Of a DNA stretch of 64,000 nt, positions 43,001-57,240 are shown in pieces. A model generated the notes under the pieces. The model did not search any database. It saw only the letters and a list, made by a program, of their open reading frames with translations, and was not told the origin of the DNA. Within the stretch, counting starts at the first letter, position 1. Each line of letters starts with the position of its first letter. The stretch is taken from positions 84,940,001 through 85,004,000 of the forward strand of contig OZ024742.1 in assembly GCA_964016885.1 (NCBI GenBank), in the 5' to 3' direction. The position numbers and the translations under genes were made by a program. Origin of the DNA: Eledone cirrhosa. Lineage: Eukaryota.

Positions 43001-43562
43001 TGGGGCTGAAAATCGAGACCCGAGGGCGACCGCTATTCTGTTCCTTCAACCTCAGCCGGTCGCCCTGGAGTGACGTGGCTAAATTTTATAGTATGCTACT
43101 ACCGGTCAGATGAACAAAAACAGAAAGAGATGGGAGCATAGGTTAACGTCGATCCCATGACACAAGGTAAAAGAAAGAAAGAAAGGAAGGAGAAGAAGGG
43201 GGAAGAAAGAAGAAGAGAAGTCAGGGTTAATGTCAGCTAAAAGAGGAAGGTAACTACTACTGGTCAGATATAGGCATGGATTTTACCTATTACATTCACG
43301 TATTATATTTCGAATACCTGATGATATCACCGGATTCATACGGAACCCGGTGATTGAAATGATCATAGTATAATAAACCTTTCAAGGATTTACACAAATC
43401 CAGCCTCCTGTCATTTCATTATAATATTTAACTCCGTAATAGCACCACCAACTACAAAAACAAAGACGGTTGAATTGCTTTACGTTGAGTACTCTCTATA
43501 TTATTGCATTACGATTGACCATACGGAATAGACCAGCTCTATACAGTGGTGAACCTCAAACC

Positions 43563-43568
<6 letters not shown>
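40049..43568 (-). mobile_element. Non-coding 2.8-kb element with 425-bp terminal direct repeats carrying hammerheads, plus an inverted terminal copy (family F)
   Basis: 40049-40473 matches 42852-43276 (offset 2803); 43275-43568 inverts 42709-43002; internal ~500-bp tandem duplication at 40535-41550; no credible ORF. Confidence 0.85.
43314..43371 (+). ncRNA. Hammerhead ribozyme (copies 40103..40160 and 42906..42963 on -)
   Basis: ATAC CTGATGA T-ATCACCGG..CCGGTGAT-T GAAA TGATCA TA GTAT; palindromic ATGATCAT stem III. Confidence 0.85.
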
Positions 43569-43655
<87 letters not shown>

Positions 43656-44086
43656 TCCTTGCCGGAATTAACACGTGGTAACTATAGATTCGATTAGCAG
43701 CCATAAGAGCAGGAACATATATTATCACTCCTGATTCTAAGCAGAACGAAAATCTGTTGATAAACTGAGTCCTCTGTTCAGTCACCAATACCATGACCTT
43801 GCCATTCAAGTAAGTCTGATATTTGATTTCGGAGTCGGAGAAACATTTCAAACGCCCGTTTGATTTGTCCAGGTCTATTTTTCTCAACCTGATCAGTTTT
43901 ATCGTTACTTTGGTATATATTGTGTGTTAGTTTAGCCTACCACAATGTTCGATTTGTCAAGCTATTTAAACGTATGTTATAACTCTGAGACCTATCTTAT
44001 CGAGTGCTTTGCTAACTCATCACTTCATATAAGTAGGCCGAATTTAGTTGCAAACCGCCAGAGATTCGATTTTACTGATTTCCAAT

Positions 44087-44152
<66 letters not shown>

Positions 44153-44157
44153 CACAC

Positions 44158-44208
<51 letters not shown>

Positions 44209-44419
44209 TATATATACATACACACACACACACCTCGTCATAATGACGCAATGCAGACAGTCAGACATACAACCATATATTATAAGGGCGCAACATAATA
44301 TCTATGTATCTATCTAAAAGGATAAACACTAAGAGAGAGAGAGAAAAAGATCGCTAAATCGTCCAATGCGGTCCCTAGGGCATTGAAAATTAGAAGTTGT
44401 TTTGCTCTAAACACTCAAT

Positions 44420-44523
<104 letters not shown>

Positions 44524-45101
44524 ATGTGCGTGGGTGTGTTTGTGTGTTGTGGGCACATGTGTATGTGTGTTTGCTGTTAAATTTGATATACATACGCCTT
44601 ATAATGTTCAATCAATTGGTTAAGTGCAACAGAGGATTCGGAATATCATGGAGTTACGATACAGGAATCAAAATATTCGCTTTTCATGAAAAAAAAAAAC
44701 TGTTGAAATATGAGATTAACATTTCTAATGAGAAAGCATTTGTTTTTATCAACCCATTTATGGTGAACGCCCCAGCATGCCGATTTGAAGCAGTATATAG
44801 GAATATAATTCAACAATACGTGCTCACAGTTAAAAACACAGAGAAACATGTTATATGCAGGTTATCAACCAATTAGGGCATTTTATCCAACAGCTCTCGA
44901 ATTATCCTGAGATAAGCACTCAACTCCCTGAAGCATCTCATATTTCTTCTGATTATCCAGCTGGCGTGTCTATACAGTGAAGAATAGGAATGAGATTTTG
45001 CATCAATTTATTCGGAAGTTTTCTATTACACTGCATAGATGTCAAAACCCTAATTGGACATTTCCAAACAATTTGATGTAAAATCCCATTATGCCTATTC
45101 A

Positions 45102-45187
<86 letters not shown>

Positions 45188-45194
<7 letters not shown>

Positions 45195-45545
45195 GTGAGG
45201 TTTTTTTTACAAAATGAAAAGTAACCGAGGTGCCCTACACGAGTGAATGTATAAAAAAAAGAAGATGAAATCGAAAATGCAACTGGAGTCTTATTTAAAA
45301 ATATATATATATATTTATTTGGTTCCTTTACCGGTTTCGCAGTTCTTCTGCTTTTCAAAAGTAGAGTTGAGATGGAGGGTCTGTGGTTTTTCTCACATCG
45401 GATGTGAGAAAAACCACAGACCTTCCATGTCAACTCTACTTTTGAAAAGCAGAAGGACTCCGAAACCGTAAAGGAATAAAATATATAAATTTATTTAAAA
45501 AAAAAAAATAAGACTCCAGTTGCATTTTCGATTTCCTTTTTTTTT
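45188..45545. mobile_element. Family I foldback centred at ~45400
   Basis: TTCTCACATC-G-GATGTGAGAA centre with inverted arms; homologous pieces at 9505-9714, 25290-25403 and 59411-59620. Confidence 0.8.
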
Positions 45546-45567
45546 CTATATATATATATATATATAT

Positions 45568-46110
45568 ATATACGATATTAACAAATGGAAACTATATTTA
45601 TAAAACCATATCTATTTTATTATACATATTTCAAGGATAACATGTTAAATTATGGTATGCTTTCATCAGACAAAATACAATATATACCAGTTTTAATAAT
45701 AAATATTGACATACCCTTTCAAAATGCGACCGTTACTTTTGGAAGACATCAGGGATAGTGGATTTGTTTATCTTAGTAATTCGTTGTGTTACGGAGAAGG
45801 AAAATGACGGAGAGAGAGAAAAATCCGAGAGAGAGAAAAGTGGAGAAAGAAAGGTTTTTTCTCTCTTTCCGTCTTTTTTCTTCTCCGTAACAAAACGACT
45901 TACTAAGATAAACAAATCCACTATCCCTGATGTCTTCCAAAAGTAACGGTCGCATTTTGAAAGGGTATGTCAATATTTATTTATAAAACTGGTACATATT
46001 GTATTTTGTCTGATGAAAGCATACCATAATTTAACATGTTATCCTTGAAATAGGTATAATAAAACAGATATGGTTTTATAAATAGAGTTTCCATTTGTTA
46101 ATATCGTATA
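45568..46110. mobile_element. Family G foldback with hammerheads 45613..45677 (-) and 46002..46066 (+)
   Basis: ~255-bp inverted arms; TATTTTGT CTGATGA AAG..CTT GAAA TATGTA TA ATAAAATA. Confidence 0.85.
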
Positions 46111-46193
46111 TTTACTCCAAATACTTGTCGAATGCTTTATATCAGTTATAAAAATATTTGCTTGCTGTATCCCAACAATCTAAATTGAACTTT

Positions 46194-46237
<44 letters not shown>

Positions 46238-46267
46238 TATATATATATATATATGCATATATATATA

Positions 46268-46329
<62 letters not shown>

Positions 46330-46362
46330 TACATATATATATATAAATATATATATATATAA

Positions 46363-46418
<56 letters not shown>

Positions 46419-46419
46419 G

Positions 46420-46548
<129 letters not shown>

Positions 46549-48654
46549 TAATTGAAATAACAGATTAAAGTTTAAGCAAAGAATCGCTGCTTTCACCCTT
46601 AACAGGATCTTCTGAAACTAAAAAAATCAATCTGTGAACGCAGAAGTAAATATTTCGAAAAACGTGGCAACCGAAGGAAGAAAAGAAGACGATACTTTGG
46701 TTCGTGGAAAGGTTATTAGAAGTTATTAGAAAAGTGAAAATATTACATGATCTTTAGTTTTGTTTTAAAACAGTTTATGATAGATGGGGAATTCTTACGT
46801 CTTGCCATTTGTAATGTGTATAATTTCTATGATACGAAATTGAATGGTATGATAAACAGCATTGTGGTTAGACACAGGCACACTTTAAAATATTGCAATA
46901 TCAATATATTGAGATATTATAAAGGTATTAACACATAACATTTGTTATGTTGCAACATGCTTTGGTGAATCTTTTAACATGTACCTGATTCGTTTTTGAG
47001 AAAGATAACTCTCGAAATATATATTTAAGAGATAAGTGTATATACGGTATTACTAATGATAACATATTTTCGCCTGAAGACGAAATATAACCCATATAAA
47101 GATAATTATATGAATTATTATAGATAATTTAACAATAGAAAAACGTAGAACACGTTTTGAAAAATGGTAGTCAAACAAATAACAATATTTAGTTTATATA
47201 CATAAAATACAAAAGAAGCCCAGTATTCTAGACTTAATTGCATATTTTCTTTGTCGTTTGCTGTTTAACTTGAGTTTAGTTACTGAAGATCTTACTGCAA
47301 TAATGTTAATAATTTCAGGTGGATATTTATCTCGTAACTATGTATGTATGTCATTAAATGGTAACAAAGAACGACACTTCTAAAGGAATGTGTAGAGGGC
47401 GTCAATGTGGAGGAACATAAATAAAAACTGCAAAATTGCTATATTATTAATGTACACAGATGTTATTAGATAAACATGCGATTTGAAGAGCAAATGTTAC
47501 TCGAATATAATAGATTAAATAGAACATTAATCGCTACAAATAGATAACTAAATAAAAAGAAATCTACAATAGTTATGGAATATCTATAAGACGAACATGA
47601 AATATCTTGAAACACTATTTATTGTAATACCTTTCAGTCATTTGTAAATATCATTAACATGATAGCAGGTTTTCAAACTACAAACATAATGTAGATATCA
47701 AATATACATACTGTTTTTCTATTGAATAAGACGAACTTAAATAATTATTGAAGAAAAGAAGGAATTATGCTAATAATGTTGGGAATATAATTATTTCAAA
47801 TTAACAAAGATGTGTGCATTATGGATAACATTTGCTAAATCACATAAATGTACACCTGAATATATCTTTTCTTTTTTCATATTAAAACATAAATTATACA
47901 GTAGATAATTAATATATCTACTATTTTGCACTTAAGCAAAGTCCATTCACTGTTATAAGTGAAGAATATAATTGTCTATTTGTTATGACAGATTCACAGC
48001 AAAACTATAAAACGGTGCTACATAAGTTTATTCATGATATATGATGAATTTATTAAAGAAAACTAGATATTCTATACCCACAAAGGTAAGGTATATTATG
48101 AGTAAATACATTTCTATATTGATATATTCTATACTACAAAAAGCATAGGATATTATGAATAAATACATTTTTATAATAGTAAATATTGATATATTCCACA
48201 CACAATACGTAAAAATGTTAGTTCTGAATTCATAGGAAATAAATATTATATTATTAAAATATCAATTATGAAATAGGAAATGTATGTGTATACATTTAAA
48301 ATAGTTCTGGCTTCAATATTAGAGCTGTATGCTATAAATGAATGCACCTGCAACAGAATTCACTTTCTTTTAGCGAATAAAAAGTAAGACATTTAGGAGT
48401 GAAAATTAAATAAATATTTCTAAATGTGTTTCTCATGTAACATTCTGCTTAAATTTGTGGCAGAAAATTTACAGACAGCCATAGGTTGAGATGAAATATT
48501 TATTTCGTTTGCCATGAAAAATTCTCAAATTAGCTTGTACCTTAATTCTTATTTATACCATTGAAATTTCTCAAAATAAAGTATAATTCTATAATTCTCA
48601 AATATACCTACAGTTCTACCCGAATGTTGAAGCGTTGCATTGCAACATTAATAA

Positions 48655-48838
48655 TAATTGTTTCAACGTTTGGCACAAGGCCAGTAATTACCCAGTGCAT
48701 TACTGGTACTTTATTTTATCGACACTGTAAGGATGAAAGGCAAATTTAACCCCGGTGGGATTTGAACTCAGAATGGCAAGGGCGGTAACTCAAAGCATGG
48801 TGTCCGACTCTCTACTGATACTGCCAATCCAACCGCCT
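48655..48838 (-). mobile_element. tRNA-derived SINE, near full length
   Basis: Minus strand GGCGGTTGGATTGGCAG..GAGTTCAAATCC..TTTGCCTTTCATCC. Confidence 0.8.
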
Positions 48839-50051
48839 TGCAACATTAATAATAATGCTACTGACAAAGACTTGTTTTATGGGAGTAACGTCGATTTAAT
48901 CCTTCCTATTAATTGAATACTACTTATTTTATATTCGATGGGAAAGAGAAATTAAAAATGTAGTGTAAAGCGATTTGAATTACAAACATAATATGAAGTA
49001 GGATAATGTGGTAATTCTAAAAATTCTATGAAATAAACAATATCACCATCTCAAGGGGTCGATTGAAACGAATATATCACTCCTACAATCAGTCAAAAAT
49101 GTAAAGAATTACCAGCAGTTTGTGATTCAATTAAGTGTTGGTGAACGACTTAATATATCAAATTAATATATCCAAACTATCTTAATTAATATAAATATAG
49201 CAATTTTAATACAAAGTGTTTTGACCTTCAAAACATTATTAACGTTACAATTTACAATGTACCTCTCAATAAGTGAGTCAAATATATAGTGGCTGTAAAC
49301 AAGAGAAGGTTCGTTCCTAAATATTTTGCCGAAATATATATGTACTCTTTTCCTTTTTTTCATATATGTGTCACCAAACCACTAGAATACATTATACGTG
49401 AAAGTAGTGTGCAAAAAACAAATGTGTATCAATTTCACTGAAATAAGTTTGCGGATTAGTAATGCGGGCCTCTTTGATTTTCATTTAATAGGAATTTACT
49501 GAGTCACCCAGAAACCAAAACATTATATTTTCTTAATGAGTAGTTTGTCCGTTTCATCAAAGACTATTCCGCATCATCGTTACCTGGTGGGCAAATTACA
49601 CGCCATTATGCCGAGCACACATAATGAGCTATAATACTTTTTTTTTCTTTTTTTTCTTGTATTTTACCCTCCCCTCCACCAGATTCTATTGCGTTCCCAT
49701 TGTTAAAATAAAATAAGGCTGTTGATTTTAAGAAGGTTAGGTTTCCCAACGGCATTGAAAATTAGAATGTTAGTTATATCTCATGGGTCTATTTATGTTC
49801 CTGACTACAATACAAAGTCCATGAATTTTTATTCATTCTGGCATTGTTCCGTGGTACACAATTAATTGCATGTGTTACATTTGTAAAGCAGCCAAAATTA
49901 ACTTCAGGAATATAAAATATGTAAAGAAAATATTGCTGTGTATTCTAGCTATAGAAAATAAGACAATACGCCTATACACACATATAGGCATACCTACCTA
50001 TATACAAATACACATAAAAACATATCTGATTGTGTGAGTTTGTGTGTGTGC

Positions 50052-50090
<39 letters not shown>

Positions 50091-50344
50091 AAGATTAATG
50101 GTGCTTTGCTAGATTAATCTCCTACTATTTATAGTATAACTTTATTAAAGTGTGAATACCTGTGAGAACATATGCTTCGTTGCCATTTTTATCAAGTAAT
50201 ATTTACATATAAATGATTCATTCGTAGTTACTGAACATAACCAGACGATATATATGTATATATATATGTTCAGTAATGTATGATGATGATGATGATGAAA
50301 TTCGATTTCAGCATTCTTAGTAAATTATTTTCTTCCAGATATGA

Positions 50345-51000
50345 TCTGTAATTCAGTGACAGAGTATATGTAGTATTCTGATTTCTAGCTTAAAGTTAGC
50401 GGTTATTAGAGTAGGTTTCTCCCGTATTATTGCTAGTGTCAGTATTACCATTGTTATTATTTTTGAACATTTTATGTATTTTCTTAATGCGCATGTATAC
50501 TGTACCTTGAATTTGTTTCTCATGTGATGTGATGTTTCAGTCTTAGAATACATTTTCGAAATTCCGACTGTAGGTGGGGGTCTGTTCGCTCTTTAATTTT
50601 GGTTTCTGTTCCATATTTCTGTCTGTATATGTATTTTCTTTGCGGTTAGTCCATTTTTGGATGTTCGGGGTGAGTGTCTGGAAATAGTTATGTACCCCGG
50701 GTTTGTGGTTAGTTAATTCCCCTTTCTGGGCAATTTATGTGTTTAAATGATGGTGATTGTCTAAGCAAGGAATACTGTGATTCACATTGTGTCAAAGTTT
50801 CTGTTTGAGGTCAGTCAATATTGGTGTTTTCATACATAAATACGTGCTGAAGTTCTTTTGTGTAAGTGGTATCATGTTGTTTATTTTTCTTTCTTTAAAA
50901 ATGAGTTTTATGAGCTGTATTCTATTGTAATGTGTTCTCCATAGCTTTTTAGTTCTACAAGGGTTTTAGTTTTTTTTTCCATCTTCGTAATGTCATTCGT
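50345..51000 (-). mobile_element. Possible decayed Penelope-like RT end / GIY-YIG remnant
   Basis: IPCLD (cf. IPFLD) near 50760-50775; downstream LAIIREKPTL resembles EALII..QPPIN of the ORF ending at 63769. Confidence 0.4.
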
Positions 51001-51540
51001 TTCTCATTCTCCCAATTTTGTTTCTATATGTCATAAATATGGACTAGTAGTTCCCCGCCGTAGGATTTGGAGATCTCGATTTCCTTTTATTTATGAATGC
51101 CCTTGTAATTTTGCTCTGTTTTGCTTGCTCATAATTCCATGCGTTCAATATAGATATATAATATTATATATATAATAGTATAAGAGTATATTGTCTGAAG
51201 CCGGTCACGCCCAAATTTGAAACAAATTTATCTGTTATGATCATGACTTTTTCCACTTATAAACACGAGGCTGTAACCATCCACACATACCCATGCATCC
51301 ACACATGCGAAGTTTACAACGTTTTATTCTTTTATTGTTATAATTGCATTTTAATTTATTTTACTTTATAATATTTCATGTTACTTTATATTATTTTACT
51401 TTTTTTGATTTTTTATTATTGCTCCCATCTATACATTCGGTCTCACTTGAGGGTGAAGGCATATGTATGATGTGACAACATATCATCACTTTTATTTGTT
51501 ACATATTTACTGTATTCACGTTTATATTCATGGGGACAGT

Positions 51541-51604
<64 letters not shown>

Positions 51605-51996
51605 TGACTAATTACATAGGTGTTTTCACTTGAAAATATTTTTTATTCCTTCCTTTTCTCTATTTTTCTATTTCATCTTTTATTTCTCATTCTATATTCT
51701 GATGAATCACAAAGTGTTGGAACGTATAGATTCTCAACTGACTACATCAAAGGTTACACTAATATATTCCTTCCTTGTCATGTGTTGTTTGCCTTGTGGG
51801 TTCTGTTTTAAGTTTCGCACATATCACAGGGTCATCAAATCAACTGACGACCCTGTGATAAACAGGCAAAACTCCAGATTAAGGTTACTCACTTTCCTTT
51901 TAGTCTTAATGTTATTCAATATATATATATATATATATTTATATTATAAATATATATATTTATAATATAAATAAATAAATATGTATATATATATAT

Positions 51997-52196
51997 ATAA
52001 CGAAGGAAATGTAGTAAGGAACCAGGTGGACCATAACGCACCAAAGTACTCAATACTTAGGGTAGTAGAGTGGGTATTAGGAACGAGTAGGACCCCGACG
52101 GCTGAGCTCAAGCCGTTTCGACGGCTAATTCTTTTTAGTCCAGAATTAGCCGTAGAAACGGCTTGAGCTCAGCCGTCGGGGTCCTACTCGTTCCTA
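51997..52196. repeat. Family C foldback (3' half of hammerhead in both arms)
   Basis: 52078-52131 is inverted at 52142-52196; TA tracts flank. Confidence 0.8.
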
Positions 52197-52220
52197 TATA
52201 TATATATATATATATATATA

Positions 52221-52479
52221 TCATTATCTAAAAGGCAGATTGTTGTTGTTGTTGGTGTGTGTGTGTGAGTTCCATGTTTATACATTTGCAAAATTTCAAA
52301 CCGATTCGACTCAGAGTCTGTAAGAATGTTGTAAATGATCTAACTTAGGCCAACGACTATTTATTTATTTCAAACTCACCCACAGTTACGGAAATAATCG
52401 ATAAAACTACATACATGCTGCAACTTTCACTTATATACGCTTAAACTTACAAACTTCCTTTCGGAACGTCGAAGAAAGA

Positions 52480-52565
<86 letters not shown>

Positions 52566-53095
52566 TTTGTTTTTGAGTCGAAAGAACAATTATTCAAAAG
52601 CAACAGATAAATTTATTCAACAACAACAAAAATACCGATAAATCTTTTTTAAAACATCTCTCAACGAACTTGGAGGAAAGAAGTATGAGTTTATTTACTA
52701 TACCCAATATCCTCTATGAGGTCACTAAACCTGCTAGAAACACCAGCTAACTCTCCCCCATATCACACCCCTCCCTACTGTCTTAAATTTAGAAAACATA
52801 CATTAGACAACCATGCAGAACAACTCCATCGCAGCTCTGTTGTTCGGCTGGCATCGTCTACTCGCGTGTTGCGCAAGTACTGTGAAACAATAAATCTCAA
52901 CACTTCTTTGCACAGAGATAATATCCATAGGCGAAACTACAATTGTCACTGCTGGTGCAGCTTCTGCTTCGGTAATCTAGGTCTGCAATTCATTCACCCA
53001 GTGCCTGGCAGACAAGAAAGTGCTGCCATAAAATGCGTGGTGCAACCTAAATTTGTTAACTTACTGGTCGCGAGCAACGACGGGCTTTAATGCTA

Positions 53096-53096
<1 letters not shown>
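52221..53096 (+). mobile_element. Non-autonomous Helitron
   Basis: A|TC 5' end, CTAG|T 3' end preceded by GC-rich CGAGCAACGACGGG; no TSD; internal (GA)n at 52490-52562. Confidence 0.65.
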
Positions 53097-53133
<37 letters not shown>

Positions 53134-53925
53134 TAGCATTAAAGCCCGTCGTATATATATATATATAAATATATCAACCATATATATATAAATATATCAA
53201 CCAGGGTTTGTTTATAAAAAAAAACGATAGCTAATAAGATGTGCTTACGCCGTATGTAACTAAATACAATTAGTCTCTAATTTGTTGTTTCTTTTTTGAA
53301 AACGCTGAATGGAAGAAGAAGCATGACGACTGGAGTACATGGGTCACGAATCCACATATTTGGTTTGCCAGCAAACCAAATATGTGGGTTTCTGTCCCTC
53401 TGTATTATGAGCAAATGGGGTCCCGGCAAAATATATGCAAAATATATGCAATGAACGTATATGCACCAAACGGAACGAAGACGAAAGAATCTGAGGATCC
53501 AGATTATGATATTTATTGCAGAGTAAAAGCGCAGTGGTAGAACGCTACTAAGCTATAAATTAAACGACGAGCTCCGTCCTCTCCAAAAATAATAAAAACA
53601 CAGACACTCATACTCACGCACACACTCACATAGACACTAACTCAAACGCACGCAAATGCACTCAGAAACACACACGTATAATTAATGTGGGATTTTCAAA
53701 AGGAAAGGAATGAATCGTATTAGGTAAGGTATCCATTAGTAGAGAAGAAGCATATTTGTTTTATAGAGAAAATTCTGTTCCAATAGACTAGAACTGTTTC
53801 ATGCTAATGAACCTGTAGAAGTGATGTAGAAGTCACTGTTATTTGAAATAATACTTAGGACCATCGCTATTTGATATATTGAGTAACATATTTTAAGTAT
53901 TGACTACTTCCATTCTCTAAACAAC

Positions 53926-53974
<49 letters not shown>

Positions 53975-53982
<8 letters not shown>

Positions 53983-54648
53983 ATACTTTGGGAGGGTCAT
54001 GTTGCCAATGAGAAACACACGCACCAGTTGCTTTCACTTCAATTTAATTTATTATATATTTATAAATTTACAAATTTATAAATTTCTGGTTGGTTGGTTG
54101 GTTCCACAACCAGATAGTTGTTTATATATATATAGTCATAGTTCTTTCGTCACACACTCTGTGACCTCTTCAGTGACTGGGGATTTCTTTCTTCGTTTCT
54201 GTGCCTTTCCTTTCTTCTATCCTACGCCATTTTGTTTGTGTGTGGGTTGAACGCTACTAAGAACGCTACTAAGCTATAAATTAAACGACGAGCTCCGTCC
54301 TCTCCAAAAATAATAAAAACACAGACACTCATACTCACGCACACACTCACATAGACACTAACTCAAACGCACGCAAATGCACTCAAAACAAAATGGCGTA
54401 GGATAGAAGAAAGGAAAGGCACAGAAACGAAGAAAGAAATCCCCAGTCACTGAAGAGGTCACAGAGTGTGTGACGAAAGAACTATGACTATATATATATA
54501 AACAACTATCTGGTTGTGGAACCAACCAACCAACCAGAAATTTATAAATTTGTAAATTTATAAATATATAATAAATTAAATTGAAGTGAAAGCAACTGGT
54601 GCGTGTGTTTCTTATTGGCAACATGACCCTCCCAAAGTATAACAATAT
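53975..54648. mobile_element. Family H foldback with hammerheads 54134..54178 (-) and 54445..54489 (+)
   Basis: 53975-54237 is inverted at 54385-54647; AGTCA CTGAAGA G-GTCACA-GAGTG-TGTGAC GAAA GAAC TA TGACT. Confidence 0.8.
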
Positions 54649-54702
54649 CGGTTTCAACACACGATTTCAGATAAAGAATCTTGCTAAACAAATTCAGAAA
54701 CG

Positions 54703-54752
<50 letters not shown>

Positions 54753-54754
54753 TG

Positions 54755-54879
<125 letters not shown>

Positions 54880-55559
54880 CTGAAACGAAGCTGTCGAGTA
54901 GAGCGGATACATCTTCGGTCGTTGTCCCACCCACTCAATAATTGTATCAACTCAGTAACATTAAGACACCAAACCAGTGGTCCGGCCCCTGACAACTGTA
55001 TTAGTTTTTGCGACACCATCTTCAAGTGTCAGTCCATAGGCACCTACCGTTCTCAGATATTATGTATGACGTATTGCGTAATTCGTTACGTGTTACGTCA
55101 TCTGCGGAGAATTAACATCTCTGGAACGGGTCAGCTATCCACACACTGTTCTTCTGCCATGGTAGTAGGAAATTCGACCGTCAGTGGTACGTGACCTGAC
55201 ACCAAATGAGTTAGTCCTGATTATTCACAGAGGAGAAGGTAGCACGTATTCAAATTGAAGAAACTAAAACGTGGCATTAGAGCACTCAACCAGGGCTTTC
55301 ATATAGATAGCAAAGACATAGTTTCAAATAATTAATTAATAAATAGAACTATAATAAACATAGTTAAAGGTCCAACTTAAAATGCGGGTTCATCCAGTGG
55401 GAGTTTGAAATAATACTGAAATGAAGCCGTCAAATCGGTCGATAATTATATACGTATGATAATTATGTGCGTATGAGTGAGAATATGTGTGAGGTTATTA
55501 GTAATTTTGTGTTCTGTTCAGCTTGTACCACTGATTGTGGAAAAGAAATTGCAAGATGT

Positions 55560-56100
55560 TTGAGAATTATTGCAGTGGAAACCAATGCTGAAGAAAACAA
55601 AGTGCACACTTATAATCGCTCTACGATTGGAGTCCAATATGTATCGATCTTAATGCTTTCTGCCGTTGCAGTCTATCTAAAATCCATTAATTCCTTTGGT
55701 ATTTCGAGTTGTTTCTTAACATGATTTGCGTGATATTTGAAGCCATAGCTCTTCTGGAATGTGTATGTAAATGATCAAGCAACATACTGTGAGAAAAGGA
55801 CTAGTCAGAGAAGAAGTAGGGGAAGGAGAAGTTGGATGTCGAATTGAAGTAATATGAGAAATAGAAATAGAAAGAAGACAGCAGATCATACGATAGATTA
55901 AGAAAAAGATTAATGATGGGCGCGATCGAGGAATATTTGGCATCACTGTCAGTTTTACAGAATAAGATCGATAGACTGACTAACAGCATCCCAAAGGGAT
56001 TGGATTGTTCTGCAACTGATATTTTTTCTTTGGTATAACAGAATTTATAAATATTGAGCAATAACTAAATTTATATAATAACTTTCTTTTAAATTCTCGT
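55560..56100 (-). mobile_element. Possible decayed piggyBac transposase fragment
   Basis: YTKEKISVAEQSNPFG..AKYS resembles piggyBac Y.P...TVDEQL.PFRG..PAKYG; termini not found. Confidence 0.3.
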
Positions 56101-56947
56101 GTTCGTCGTCTTCATATAAATTCTGGATGTCGTTATATTCTGTGCAAAAGTTAAAGGCCGAAACAATTGCTTGAGTCAGTATTCTTCTCTGAAGATATTC
56201 TACAGCCCAGCTGTAATTTTGTTACCTCTATTGTGCACAATTGTTTCAATTTCATACATTATAATGTTCATATTCTGCATTCAAACGTTTTATGTTATCA
56301 ACATAATCAACACAACCATATGAAAATATAATATTTAGTTTTGGGATTCAGATTTTGCTCATTTCACATAAAACTATCAATTTAAACAAAACATACAGCA
56401 GTTTTATACCTGTTCTAACCCCCTTAGCAACTCCCACTGGAAAAAGAAGTATGAGTAAGCCTGAAGCAAATTTCTTGATTTCCGGGATATATATCTATCA
56501 CATGCTATATTTTTATCGCTAATTGATAAGTTTTCACATTGGAACATTATCAATTGTAGTTTTAGATAATTGTAGTTTTAAATCTATATTCTCTATATTC
56601 ACAGTTTTCATGTGTAAAAAATGATATCATACACTGTTAGAAAACTATGATCTGTGAGATGATTTATTTCATATATATTTAAGTTTTCGTACTGTAATTT
56701 TACTTCTCTCAACATATATTTCCTTAGGTTATCTTCCTTGTACTATTTAGGTTATTTCTCCATTTCAATTTACCAATGTATTAAAATATTTAACTTATAT
56801 TTATAAACACACACATACCCCCCCCCCCCCCCATATATATATATATATATATATATATCTGTGTAGACGTTCTATTTAAATTGTTGGGAGCAAATATTTT
56901 TATAACTGATATAAAGCACTAAACAAATTATTTGAGTAACACTACTA

Positions 56948-57240
56948 TATATTAACAAATGGAAACTATATTTATAAAACCATATTTATTTCATTATACA
57001 TATTTCAAGGACACCAAGTTAAATTATGGTGTGGTTTCATCAGATAAAATATAATGTAGAGCAGTTTTATAGATAAATATTGACATTAAGGGTATGTCAA
57101 TATTTATATATAAAACTGCTCTATATTATATTTTATCTGATGAAAGCACACCATAATTTAACTTGGTGTCCTTGAAATATGTATAATGAAATAAATATTG
57201 TTTTATAAATATAGTTTCCATTTGTTAATATATCGTATAT
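56948..57240. mobile_element. Family G foldback with hammerheads 56987..57051 (-) and 57129..57193 (+)
   Basis: Inverted arms centred at ~57088; stem II ACACCA/TGGTGT versus ATACCA/TGTTAT in the 45xxx copy. Confidence 0.85.

Noticed and set aside
43770-43895. Short minus-strand exon candidate (also 44860-44975)
   Set aside because: Weak splice context, early stops, no recognisable product.
51700-51880. CTGATGA..GGAACGTA and CTGACGA..CCTGT/ACAGG motifs
   Set aside because: GAAA altered and stem I does not close; at most decayed relics.
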